Program-made: the position numbers and the translations under genes
The notes under the pieces: model-generated
Databases searched by the model: none
Told to the model about the DNA's origin: nothing
The model's input: only the letters and a program-made list of their open reading frames with translations
Assembly (NCBI GenBank): GCA_002269645.1
Contig: NIVC01002450.1
Coordinates: forward strand, 1-64,000
Source of the DNA: Macrostomum lignano
Taxonomy: Eukaryota
DNA: 64,000 nt
Direction: 5' to 3'
In this document: piece by piece, positions 14,201 through 26,200 of the stretch
Layout: each line of letters starts with the position of its first letter
How positions within the stretch are numbered: position 1 is the stretch's first letter

Positions 14201-17200
14201 TAACAACTACACCATTCTGATGTACGTCACCCCGAGTCGCCCCCCAGCAACCGCGATATGCACCCAATTTGCGCGTCGCCAGGTCCTAATCGAGAAGTCC
14301 CTACTAGGCTGGAAGGAGGTGGAATACGAGGTTGTACGCGACGCTGCAAACAACTGCATCACGGTATGCAACATGGAGAACTTCGACCCACTCGGCGTGC
14401 ACACTGGCGATTCAATCGTGGTGGCCCCCAGCCAGACCCTGTCCAACGAGGAATACCACATGCTGCGCGAGACCGCTCTCAAAGTGATCCGCCATTTCAA
14501 CATTGTTGGCGAGTGCAACATCCAGTACGCTCTGCATCCGCACTCGCTTGAGTACTGCATCATCGAGATCAACGCCAGACTGTCCCGCTCGTCCGCTCTG
14601 GCCTCCAAAGCCACCGGCTATCCGCTGGCGTTCATTGCCGCCAAACTGTCCCTGGGCATTAGCCTGCCGGAGATTAAAAATGCCACCACCAAGGTGACTA
14701 CGGCCTGCTTTGAGCCCAGTCTGGATTACATCACTACTAAGATTCCGCGGTGAGTTGCATCCCTGTTGACCCCTGGCATCCCTGTAGATCCCTGGCATCC
14801 CTGTTGACCCCTGGCATCCCTGTGACCCCTGGCATCCCTGTGACCCCTGGCATCCCTGTGACCCCTGGCATCCCTGTGACCCCTGGCATCCCTGTGACCC
14901 CTGGCATCCCTGTGACCCCTGGCATCCCTGTGACCCCTGGCATCCCTGTGACCCCTGGCATCCCTGTGACCCCTGGCATCCCTGTGACCCCTGCCATCCC
15001 TGTGACCCCTGGCATCCCCATGTGACCCTTGGCATCTCTGTGACCCCTGGCATCCCCATGTGACCCCTGGCATCGCTGTTGGCCACTGGCATCCCTCTTG
15101 ACCCCTGGCATCACTGTTGACCCCTGGCATCCCTGTGACCCCTGGCATCACTGTTGACCCCTGACATCCCTGTGACCCCTCTCATCCCTGTGACCCCTCT
15201 CATCCCTGTGACCCCTCTCATCCCTGTGACCCCTCTCATCCCTGTGACCCCTGTGCCATCATTTCTAATCCCCTTAAGATTAAAAACGAAATAAAAACAT
15301 CTTGATCGCAAATCCCCGCACAGCTGGGACCTGGACCGCTTCCATCACACGCCGAAGGAGATCGGCTCCGCCATGAAATCAGTGGGCGAAATCATGGCCA
15401 TCGGTAGAACCTTCGAGGAGTCCCTGCAGAAAGCGCTTCGAATGACTCATCCCAGCGTTGGCGGCTTTGAAAGCAAACTGCCAATGGGCAAACAGTATCC
15501 GGACAACTTCGACCTGCTTGAAGGCCTACAGGTGCCCAGCAACGCCAGGATTCACTATATCTGCCGGGCCCTCGAGCAGGACCTCATGACAGTTGACGAG
15601 ATTCACCGATTCACTCAGATTGACAGATGGTTTCTGCACAAGCTCAAGCGCATTGTCGACTATCGCAAAGATCTGGAACAGCTGGGCCAGGCTAACGAGA
15701 CCACATCCGAAGACTGGGGCCTGGCTAAGAAGCTCGGCTTCAGCGACAAACAGCTCGGCGAAGTGTTTCGCAAACCGGTGTCTGAAGTTCGCGCGCATCG
15801 GCTGAGCTTGGGCCTGACGCCCTATGTCAAACAGATTGACACTATGGCTGCCGAGTATCCCAGCTATACTAACTATCTCTACTGCTCCTATAATGCGGCC
15901 GAGCACGATGTGGCTTTCACGGATAAGGTGATTAGCTACTCAGTTATCTAGGGATGAGGTAGCGTGTACCAGAGGACATTGGGTGAGGTAGCATGTACCA
16001 GAGGACATTGGGATGAGGTAGCATGTACCAGAGAACATTGGGATGAGGTAGCATGTACCAGAGGACATTGGGATGAGGTAGCATGTACCAGAGGACATTG
16101 GGATGAGGTAGTGTCATTTACATGTACCAGAGGACATTGGGATGAGGTAGCGTCATTTACATGTACCAGATGACATTTGGATGAGGTAGCGTCATTTACA
16201 TGTACTAGAGGACAATGGATGCGGTAGCGTCATTTACATGTACCAGAGGACAATGGGGTGCGGTAGCGTCGTCTGCATGTACCAGAATACAATGGGATGA
16301 GGTAGCATGTACCAGAGGACATTGGGATGAGGTAGCATGTACCAGAGGACATTGGGATGAGGTAGTGTCATTTACATGTACTAGAGGACATTGGGATGAG
16401 GTAGCGTCATTTACATGTACCAGAGGACATTGAGATGAGGTAACGGCTCTGACCAGAAGACATTGGGAAGTGGTACAGCACCTCAATACCTCTTCTAACA
16501 AATCCGTCCGTCCGTCGTTGTTAACCCTCGACATCCAGGGCATCATGGTCCTTGGCTGCGGTCCCTACCACATCGGGTCCAGCGTAGAATTCGACTGGTG
16601 CAGCGTCAGCGCAATCCGCTGCCTGAACGCCCTGGGCATGAAGAGCATCGTTGTTAATTACAACCCGGAGACTGTCAGCACTGACTTTGACGAGTGCGAC
16701 CGGCTGTACTTTGAGGAGCTCAGTCAGGAGCGGGTGCTGGACATCTACCAGCTGGAGTCCGCCTCCAACTGCATTGTGTCGGTTGGCGGCCAGATTCCCA
16801 ACACCCTGGCGCTGCCATTGCACAAGGCCGGGGTTCGAATCTTGGGCACTCATCCGACTAAGATTGACGACGCCGAGGATCGGGCGAAATTTTCGCGCAT
16901 CCTCGACGAGATCGGCGTCGGACAGGCGCCTTGGCGGGCGCTCACCTCCGAAAAGGAGGCGTTGGAGTTTGCCGAGCAGGTTGGCTTAATATTTTTAATG
17001 TTATTTTCGATACATATCGGTGGTTTTTTATATGAATTGATATATACATATTAAAAATTTCTGGTTAAAGTTGGTTTCACTACATATCGGCAATCGCTAG
17101 TTGAAGTTTTTTGATACATATCGTTAGCTACTAATTCAAGTTATTTCCACTACACAACAGGCTTTAGTAATCTTTCATGCGTGATGCAGTACATGATGTA

Positions 17201-20200
17201 AAATAATCGAACTAATTTCATCCAAAAACTCCACAGGTTGGCTACCCTTGCCTCGTACGGCCGTCCTACATCTTGAGCGGCTCGGCCATGAATGTCGCCT
17301 ACGGACCCCAGGAGCTGCGCGGCTTCCTCGGCCAGGCGGCCGCCGTCAACGCCGAACACCCGGTGGTGCTGACAAAGTTCATCGAGAATTCGCGCGAAGT
17401 CGAATGCGACGCGGTCGCCTCCAACGGCCAGGTTGTGGCGCACGCGCTGTGCGAGCACGTGGAGAATGCCGGAGTGCACAGCGGCGACGCCACGCTGGTG
17501 CTGCCGCCGCACACTATTAACGAGGATGTCAAGGCTCAGGTAATTTATGATCTGTTTTGTTTGTAACTCTGCTTGGAATTGAAACTAGTGGCCCAGCAAA
17601 TGAGGATCTGTGAGGGCTGGCCCAGCAACTGAGGATGTTGGAGGCTGGCCCAGCAACTGAGGATCTGGGAGGCTGGCCCAGCAACTGAGGATCTGGGAGG
17701 CTGGCCCAGCAACTGAGGATCTGGGAGGCTGGCCCAGCAACTGAGGATCTGGGAGGCTGGCCTAGCAACTGAGGATCTGGGAGGGCGATGGCCCAGCAAC
17801 TGAGGATCTGGGAGGCTGGCCCAGCAACTGAGGATCTGGGAGGCTGGCCCAGCAACTGAGGATCTGGGAGGCTGACCCAGCAACTGAGGATCTGGGAGGC
17901 TGGCTCAGCAACTGAGAATGTGGGAGGGCGATGGCCCAGCAACTGGGGATCTGGGAGGCTGGCCAGCAACTGAGGATATGGGAGGCTGGCATAGCAACTG
18001 ATGATCTGGGAGGCTGGCCCAGCAACTGAGGATCTGGGAGGCTGGCCCAGCAACTGAGAATGTGGGAGGCTGGCCCAGCAACTGAGGATCTGGGAGGCTG
18101 GCCCAGCAACTGAGAATGTGGGAGGCTGGCCCAGCAACTGAGGATCAGGGAGGCTGGCCCAGCAACTGAGAATGTGGGAGGTTGGCCCAGCAACTGAGGA
18201 TCTTGGAGGCTGGCTCAGCAACTGAGGATCTGGGAGGCTGGCTCAGCAACTGAGGATCTGGGAGGCTGGCCCAGCAACTGAGAATGTGGGAGGCTGGCCC
18301 AGCAACTGAGGATCTGGGAGGCTGGCCCAGCAACTGAGAATGTGGGAGGCTGGCCCAGCAACTGAGGATCAGGGAGGCTGGCCCAGCAACTGAGAATGTG
18401 GGAGGTTGGCCCAGCAACTGAGGATCTTGGAGGCTGGCTCAGCAACTGAGGATCTGGGAGGCTGGCTCAGCAACTGAGGATCTGAGAGGCTGGCCCAGCA
18501 ACAGGATCTTGGAGGCTGGCACAGCAACTGAGGATCTGGGAGGCTGGCCCAGCAACTGAGGATCTGGGAGGATGACGGTGACCATCGAAGGCACAGAGAA
18601 CGATCTGATAAAAGCTAAAGTTTTAGTTATCTGTATATAGTCCTGCAGGTGTTGCTGCTGCTAATAAACTTGTAAAACTATATATTCCATTCGCAAAATT
18701 CCAGATTCGGGACGTAGTGAAGCGCATAGCCGAGCGGTTCAGCATCACGGGCCCGTTTAACACGCAGTTCCTGGTGACGCCCGAGCAGAAGGTGCTGGTC
18801 ATTGAAACTAACCTGCGAGCCTCTCGCTCCTTCCCGTTCGTGTCCAAGACTCTGGGCACCGACTTTATCGCCACGGCCACGAAGGTGATGCTGGGCGTGG
18901 AGCCCGACCAGAAGGATCTGTACACGATGGAGAACCCCCGAGAACCCGTCGGATTTGTTGGCATCAAGGTACGTGTGGTGTACTTGTAGCTGATCTGTTG
19001 GTGATTCTACCCTACCCGGTTTCCAAAATCCTCTTATTCCTCTTTTTTCCAAATTAAGAAATATTTTAAAGTAAAATTGTCTAAATTTAAATCAATAAAG
19101 AAAATATCGGTGACTCTCAGTGACCCGCACTTTGTTTCCTGTCACAGTGTTGAATGAGCAGCGCGGCCATGTAGATTACTGCATATTAAGGTGCGAAGAC
19201 AACGATCACAAAAACTGTTGCGCAATCTTTAGCCACTTTATTTAGTATATAGGATATATGACGCGCGTCCGTGTGCTGTCCCTTTTGACCATTATAGCTG
19301 GTGTCCTACTGAGTTTTATCGCATATATGTTGCACCCACAGACCATATAGAATATAGACTGCGAATCTCGGTGGCTTGCCCAGGCGCGTTGTGGGACAAA
19401 AAAGCAACACAAAAAATGGTCCTTCCACAAAGCCCCAACTTCGATCGATATGTGGGACAAAAATGGGCAAGTGCAAGTTTTCAAGCTTGAAATTTACTTA
19501 TTATAGAGTTTAAAACCCTAGGGAGGCAAAATAAATGTAAATTAGATTTGATTTGAATTAATTGAATTGAATTGAATTGAATTGAAATTGAATTTGATTT
19601 GAATTACAATTTCCTTGCAAAAATATCCAGCAAAAAACCAATTAAAGCATTCTTATCCATGCAGCCTCAGCCAGCTTCTATAGTGTATCAAAAAGGAGAA
19701 AAGCGCCAGAAAATGTGGCAACTGTGGAAAATGTGTGCTCAGGGAGCTGAACAAGAAGCACCAGCGACTAAGGGCGCGGTCAAAGTCACTGACAGAAATT
19801 GTGAAAGTGCTGTAGGCAAAGAATATTGTGGATGAAGCTGCAGCATCCCATCTGCAGTTTCTGTCATCAAATTCATTGTTGAGCTGTCTAGTGCCAACTA
19901 AAAACAAAAGGATAAAAAATTTTCTCCTGAAGTTCGGCGATTTGCTTCCACGTTGCACTATTACAGTCCTAAGGCATACGAATACGTGAGAAAGTTTTCC
20001 AGCTTCCGCGCATCCATCTTCTCTACGGAAATGGATCTCAAGTGTGTACGATGCCTTCCAGGATTCTGCGTCCAAGCATTCCACGAACTATACGTATTCT
20101 GCTGAACACCGAAACGATTATTCGCCGCTCCAGCTTTGATAGCTGATTTTCAAACCTCAATCGCTGTTCAAGAGACTTTGAATTTGAATTTCACTTTGAA

Positions 20201-23200
20201 TTTCAACCGCTATTCTCTGAATTAGATTCGCATTCAGCAGCTTTTAGCACAGGTATTGAGTCACACAAGCTGCAGCTGTTAGCACAGGTATTGAGTTACA
20301 CAAGCTGCAGCTGTTAGCACAGGTATTGAGTCACACAAGCTGCAGCTGTTAGCACAGGTATTGAGTCACACAAGCTGCAGCTGTTAGCACAGGTATTGAG
20401 TCACACAAGCTGCAGCTGTTAGCACAGGTATTGAGTCACACAAGCTGCAGCTTTTAGCACAGGTATTGAGTCACACAAGCTGCAGCTGTTAGCACAGGTA
20501 TTGAGTCACACAAGCTGCAGCTGTTAGCACAGGTATTGAGTCACACAAGCTGCAGCTGTTAGCACAGGTATTGAGTCACACAAGCTGCAGCTGTTAGCAC
20601 AGGTATTGAGTCACACAAGCTGCAGCTGTTAGCACAGGTATTGAGTCAAGAAAGTTATGAGCATTTTTTACATCAGAATTCGCATGAAGAAAATTGCGAA
20701 AGACATGTCGCACTTATTAAGAAAGGCAGGAATGAGACAGAAGCTGCTGCGCACAGCAATTTTTCTTAATCTGAAAGCTTGGACTTTGAAGGACATTTCG
20801 GGGTAATTTAATTTAATTTCATTACTTTTATTTATTTGGTTTTCGTGGCGTTTTATGTAAAAAAGAAGAAAAAATGTATCTCAATTGCATGTGTCCAATA
20901 GGAGCACAATGGAAAAGAGGCCCGCCCTGTATCACATATCGATCGAGCTGGGGTGGGTGAGAGGGACCAGTTTCTTATGGGGGAAAATGGCCCACTTTTT
21001 TCTTCACTTTACTGGTCTATTATATTCTATATGGTCTGTGGTTGCACTAAAGCAACGAGAGAATTATTAACGCGAATTTTAGTACTCGTAAAATCAAAAA
21101 GGCTTCCTAATTTGTTATGTAGCGAGCGCATCAGCCCTTGCCGAGCTCTAACGCTAATGTTCTTTACATTTTTCGAATTAGGTTTGTAAAAGCTTTCACG
21201 ATTATGACTATGATAAGTACTTCCGGCGCCTCAGCCTAAGTAAAAAGGCTCTTACGCCACTAGAGATAATTTAGATTCTAGATTGGGAGTGTACTCATGT
21301 ACACTAAAAGCCAAATTAGACTATAGAGGACTGTACAGGGCAGTATCAGAAAAACCAAACCTCCCCGGGGGACAGTGACAGCGGTTCGACGAACCAGTCA
21401 GGAAGCCCGTGCCCAAAAAACCAGGTTAGAAGGCCCCCAAAGCCTATTAGAGATGGCCCGAAGGCCCAGAGCCGTGGCAACCATGCTGGGGCCGACCGCC
21501 CACCACCCCGGGTACAAATCAAAAACCTCCCCGGGGCCAGAGGGGGTTGAGTGAACCATTCAGGGAAGCCCGTGCCTACTCCTGGGTTAGTTAAGCCAAT
21601 GCCGGTCATTTGACCGCTCCCCACGGCCGTGGCAACCCGAAGGAGCCTCCCCCCAACTAAACCCCGGGTACTCTTGCCAACAGACAGTCTCTTATCTTTG
21701 AAGCGGCAGGAGGGCTAATCGCCGGGACTGTTTCACCCTTTGCTTCGCCAACCCGCCATTTCTATTGTGACCGTGCCAACGGTCTCGTCCTGCTCAGACT
21801 CAGTCCTGGTTCTGGCACACTCCAGCTTTAATAGGGTCGCTGGCTGTACGCTCAGAGGGCGCCTGAGGGATACCGTCAGAGCACCTTGGTACAGGTATAG
21901 GCCTGCCTTCCTATACAGCTACCCACAGCCCTTCCCGATCCACTATTACCCTCCAACCCAGCCTACTCACTCATTACAAGCTTTCAGCCAGGCAGAGACA
22001 AGTTTCACAGGAGTGACTGCGGTTAGGCGCCTCTATGCGAGACAAAACCAAGCGAGTAAAAGCTTTCACGATTTCACAGGTCTACTTATCTGGGTATATC
22101 CCACCATCTAGTCTCTGTATTTCCTGCCTTTATTACTTACTATTGATTGAACTACTCTTAGTAGCCTGGTGTGAAATTTTATTCAAAATCCTCGAATCCG
22201 TAAGAAATCGGATAGGCAATTTTTTCCGAGCTCATGTAATTGTCTACTCCCCTTCCTCCCCTCCTCCCTCTCGTCCTCTTCTTTTGAGGCGACCCTAACT
22301 TTTTCCTTGAAGCGCCGTAAATTAAGCAGCAAAACTCCGATCTCCCACCGCAGGCCTCCATGTTCAGCTGGCCGCGTCTGAAGGCGGCGGATCCCCTGCT
22401 ACGCTGCGAGATGAGCAGCACCGGCGAGGTGGCCTGCTACGGCTCTAACCTGTACACCGCCTTCCTCAAAGCGCTGCAGTCTACCGGGTTCAGAGTGCCG
22501 CCTAAGGGCTCCAGCATTCTTATTGGCGTGCAGAAAGAATTTCAGGTTGGATTGCTGATGTGTCATGCTTTCAAAGCGGTAGAGTAAATCAGCAGCTAGC
22601 TAGCTAATAGTGTCCTCATTTAGCTAATAGTGAATGACTCATTAGCTGATAGGGAATGACTCATTAGCTAATAGTGAATGACTCATTAGCTGATAGGGAA
22701 TGACTCATTGGCTAATAGTGCATGACCATTAGCTGATAGGGAATGACTCATTGGCTAATAGTGCATGACTCATTAGCTGATAGTGAATGGCTCATTAGCT
22801 AATAGTGAATGACTCATTAGCTGATAGGGAATGACTCATTGGCTAATAGTGAATGACTCATTAGCTGATAGGGAATGACTCATTAGCTAATAGTGAATGA
22901 CTCATTAGCTGATAGGGAATGACTCATTAGCTGATAGGGAATGACTCATTAGCTGATAGGGAATGACTCATTAGCTAATAGTGCATGACTCATTAGCTGA
23001 TAGTGAATGGCTCATTAGCTAATAGTAAATGGCTCATTAGCTAATAGTGCATGACTCATTAGCTAATAGTGCATGACTCATTAGCTGATAGGGAATGACT
23101 CATTAGCTGATAGGGAATGACTCATTAGCTAATAGTGCATGACTCATTAGCTGATAGGGAATGACTCATTAGCTGATAGGGAATGACTCATTAGCTAATA

Positions 23201-26200
23201 GTGCATGACTCATTAGCTGATAGGGAATGACTCATTAGCTGATAGGGAATGACTCATTAGCTAATAGGGAATGACTCATTAGCTGATAGGGAATGACTCA
23301 TTAGCTGATAGGGAATGACTCATTAGCTGATAGGGAATGACTCATTAGCTAATAGTGAATGACTCATTAGCTGATAGGGAATGACTCATTAGCTGATAGG
23401 GAATGACTCATTAGCTAATAGGGAATGACTCATTAGCTGATAGGGAATGACTCATTAGCTAATAGTGAATGACTCATTAGCTGATAGGGAATGACTCATT
23501 AGCTAATAGTGAATGACTCATTAGCTGATAGGGAATGACTCATTGGCTAATAGTGCATGACTCATTAGCTGATAGGGAATGACTCATTAGCTAATAGTGC
23601 ATGACTCATTAGCTGATAGTGAATGGCTCATTAGCTAACAGTAAATGGCTCATTAGCTAATAGTGAATGGCTCATTAGCTTACAGAGAATGGCTCATTAG
23701 CTAATAGTGAATGACTCATTAGCTAATAGTGAGCTAATAGTTAATTTGTCATTAGCTAACAGTGAATGGCTCATTAGCTTACAGAGAATGACTCATTAGC
23801 TAATAGTGAATGGCTCATTAGCTAATAGTGAATGGCTCATTAGCTAATAGTGAATGGCTCATTAGCTAATAGTGAATGGCTCATTAGCTTACAGAGAATG
23901 GCTCATTAGCTAATAGTGAATGACTCATTAGCTAATAGTGAGCTAATAGTTAATTTGTCATTAGCTAACAGTGAATGGCTCATTAGCTAGCTGTGAATAG
24001 CTCATTAGCTTTTAGTCCTGAATGACTCAATTTCGCTTCCCTAGGCCGTTTTCCTGCCAACCGCCAAGCGCCTGTGCGACATGGGCTACCAGCTGTACGC
24101 TACGGAGGCCACAGCCCAATGGCTCAGCCAGAACGGCATCGAAAATGTCCGGCCTGTTGGCTGGGCGTTCGCTCAGAATATCGACAAGAATATCCCAGTG
24201 GCTACCAAGCTAGTCGAGGACAAAGTGTTCAGTCTGGTTATCAATCTGCCTAACAATCGCAGCAAATTCTTGCAGGACAATTATCTAATTAGACGGACTG
24301 CCATTGACTCTGCCACGCCTCTGATTACTAACTTCCAGGTGTGTGGCTTGTTTGGGATTGCCTTTGCACAGGTTAACATGTCTTGTATAACAAGTTAGCA
24401 TGGCCTGTCTAACAGGTTAGCATGGCTTATGTAACAGGTTATCATGGCCTGTCTAACAGGTTAGCATGTCCTGTCTAACAGGTTAGCATGTCTTGTCTAA
24501 CGGGTTAGCATGTCTTGTCTAACAGGTTAGCATGTCTTGTCTAACGGGTTAGCATGTCTTGTCTAACAGGTTAGCATGTCGTATGTAACAGGTTATCATG
24601 GCCTGTCTAACAGGTTAGCATGTCCTGTCTAACAGGTTAGCATGTCCTGTCTAACGGGTTAGCATGTCTTGTCTAACAGGTTAGCATGTCTTGTCTAACA
24701 GGTTAGCATGTCTTATGTAACAGGTTATCATGGCCTGTCTAACAGGTTAGCATGTCCTGTCTAACAGGTTAGCATGACCTGTCTAACAGGTTAGCATGAC
24801 CTGTCTAACAGGTTAGCATGACCTGTCTAACAGGTTAGCATGACCTGTCTAACAGGTTAGCATGACCTGTCTAACAGGTTAGCATGACCTGTCTAACAGG
24901 TTAGCATGACCTGTCTAACAGGTTAGCATGTCCTGTCTAACAGGTTAGCATGTCCTGTCTAACGGGTTAGCATGTCCTGTCTAACAGGTTATCATGTCCT
25001 GTCTAACAGGTTAGCATGTCCTGTCTAACAGGTTAGCATGACCTGTCTAACAGGTTAGCATGACCTGTCTAACAGGTTATCATGGCCTGTCTAACAGGTT
25101 AGCATGTCCTGTCTAACAGGTTAGCATGTCCTGTCTAACGGGTTAGCATGTCTTGTCTAACAGGTTAGCATGGCTTATCTAACAGGTTAGCATGACCTGT
25201 CTAACAGGTTAGCATGACCTGTCTAACAGGTTAGCATGACCTGTCTAACAGGTTAGCATGACTTGTCTAACAGGTTAGCATGACCTGTCTAACAGGTTAG
25301 CATGACCTGTCTAACAGGTTATCATGGCCTGTCTAACAGGTTAGCATGTCCTGTCTAACAGGTTAGCATGTCCTGTCTAACGGGTTAGCATGTCTTGTCT
25401 AACAGGTTAGCATGGCTTATCTAACAGGTTAGCATGACCTGTCTAACAGGTTAGCATGACCTGTCTAACAGGTTAGCATGACCTGTCTAACAGGTTAGCA
25501 TGACTTGTCTAACAGGTTAGCATGACCTGTCTAACAGGTTAGCATGTCCTGTCTAACAGGTTAGCATGTCCTGTCTAACGGGTTAGCATGTCCTGTCTAA
25601 CAGGTTATCATGGCCTGTCTAACAGGTTAGCATGTCCTGTCTAACAGGTTAGCATGTCTTGTCTAACAGGTTAGCATGACCTGTCTAACAGGTTAGCATG
25701 TCCTGTCTAACAGGTTAGCATGTCCTGTCTAACAGGTTAGCATGGCCTGTCTAACAGGTTAGCATGACTTGTCTAACAGGTTAGCATGACCTGTCTAACA
25801 GGTTAGCATGACCTGTCTAACAGGTTAGCATGTCCTGTCTAACAGGTTAGCATGACCTGTCTAACTGGTTAGCATGACCTGTCTAACAGGTTAGCATGAC
25901 CTGTCTAACAGGTTAGCATGACCTGTCTAACAGGTTAGCATGACCTGTCTAACAGGTTAGCATGACCTGTCTAACTGGTTAGCATGACCTGTCTAACAGG
26001 TTAGCATGACCTGTCTAACAGGTTAGCATGACCTGTCTAACTGGTTAGCATGACCTGTCTAACAGGTTAGTGTTCCTATGTAGCAAGCAGTCAGCAAAGC
26101 CTATATATTAATAGCTTCAAAAACAGGTAATGAAATAACCAATGCGTTCGCAAGCTTCAATTATTAACCAACTGCCCCCCCCCCCTGATCAGGTGTGCGC

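Larger units (their letters stand above)
19337..21040 (+). mobile_element. Non-autonomous P-element/THAP9-type DNA transposon relic
   Basis: Perfect 20-bp TIR CACAGACCATATAGAATATA (19337-19356 / 21021-21040), subterminal inverted blocks (CGATCGATATGTG / CACATATCGATCG), 8-bp TSD GTTGCACC / GTTGCACT, and an internal frameshifted transposase fragment. Confidence 0.8.

Noticed and set aside
21595-21607. GCCAATGCCGGTC resembling part of a twister ribozyme
   Set aside because: The following conserved CCAAGCCC and closing GGAGGG elements are absent and the sister unit lacks the match.
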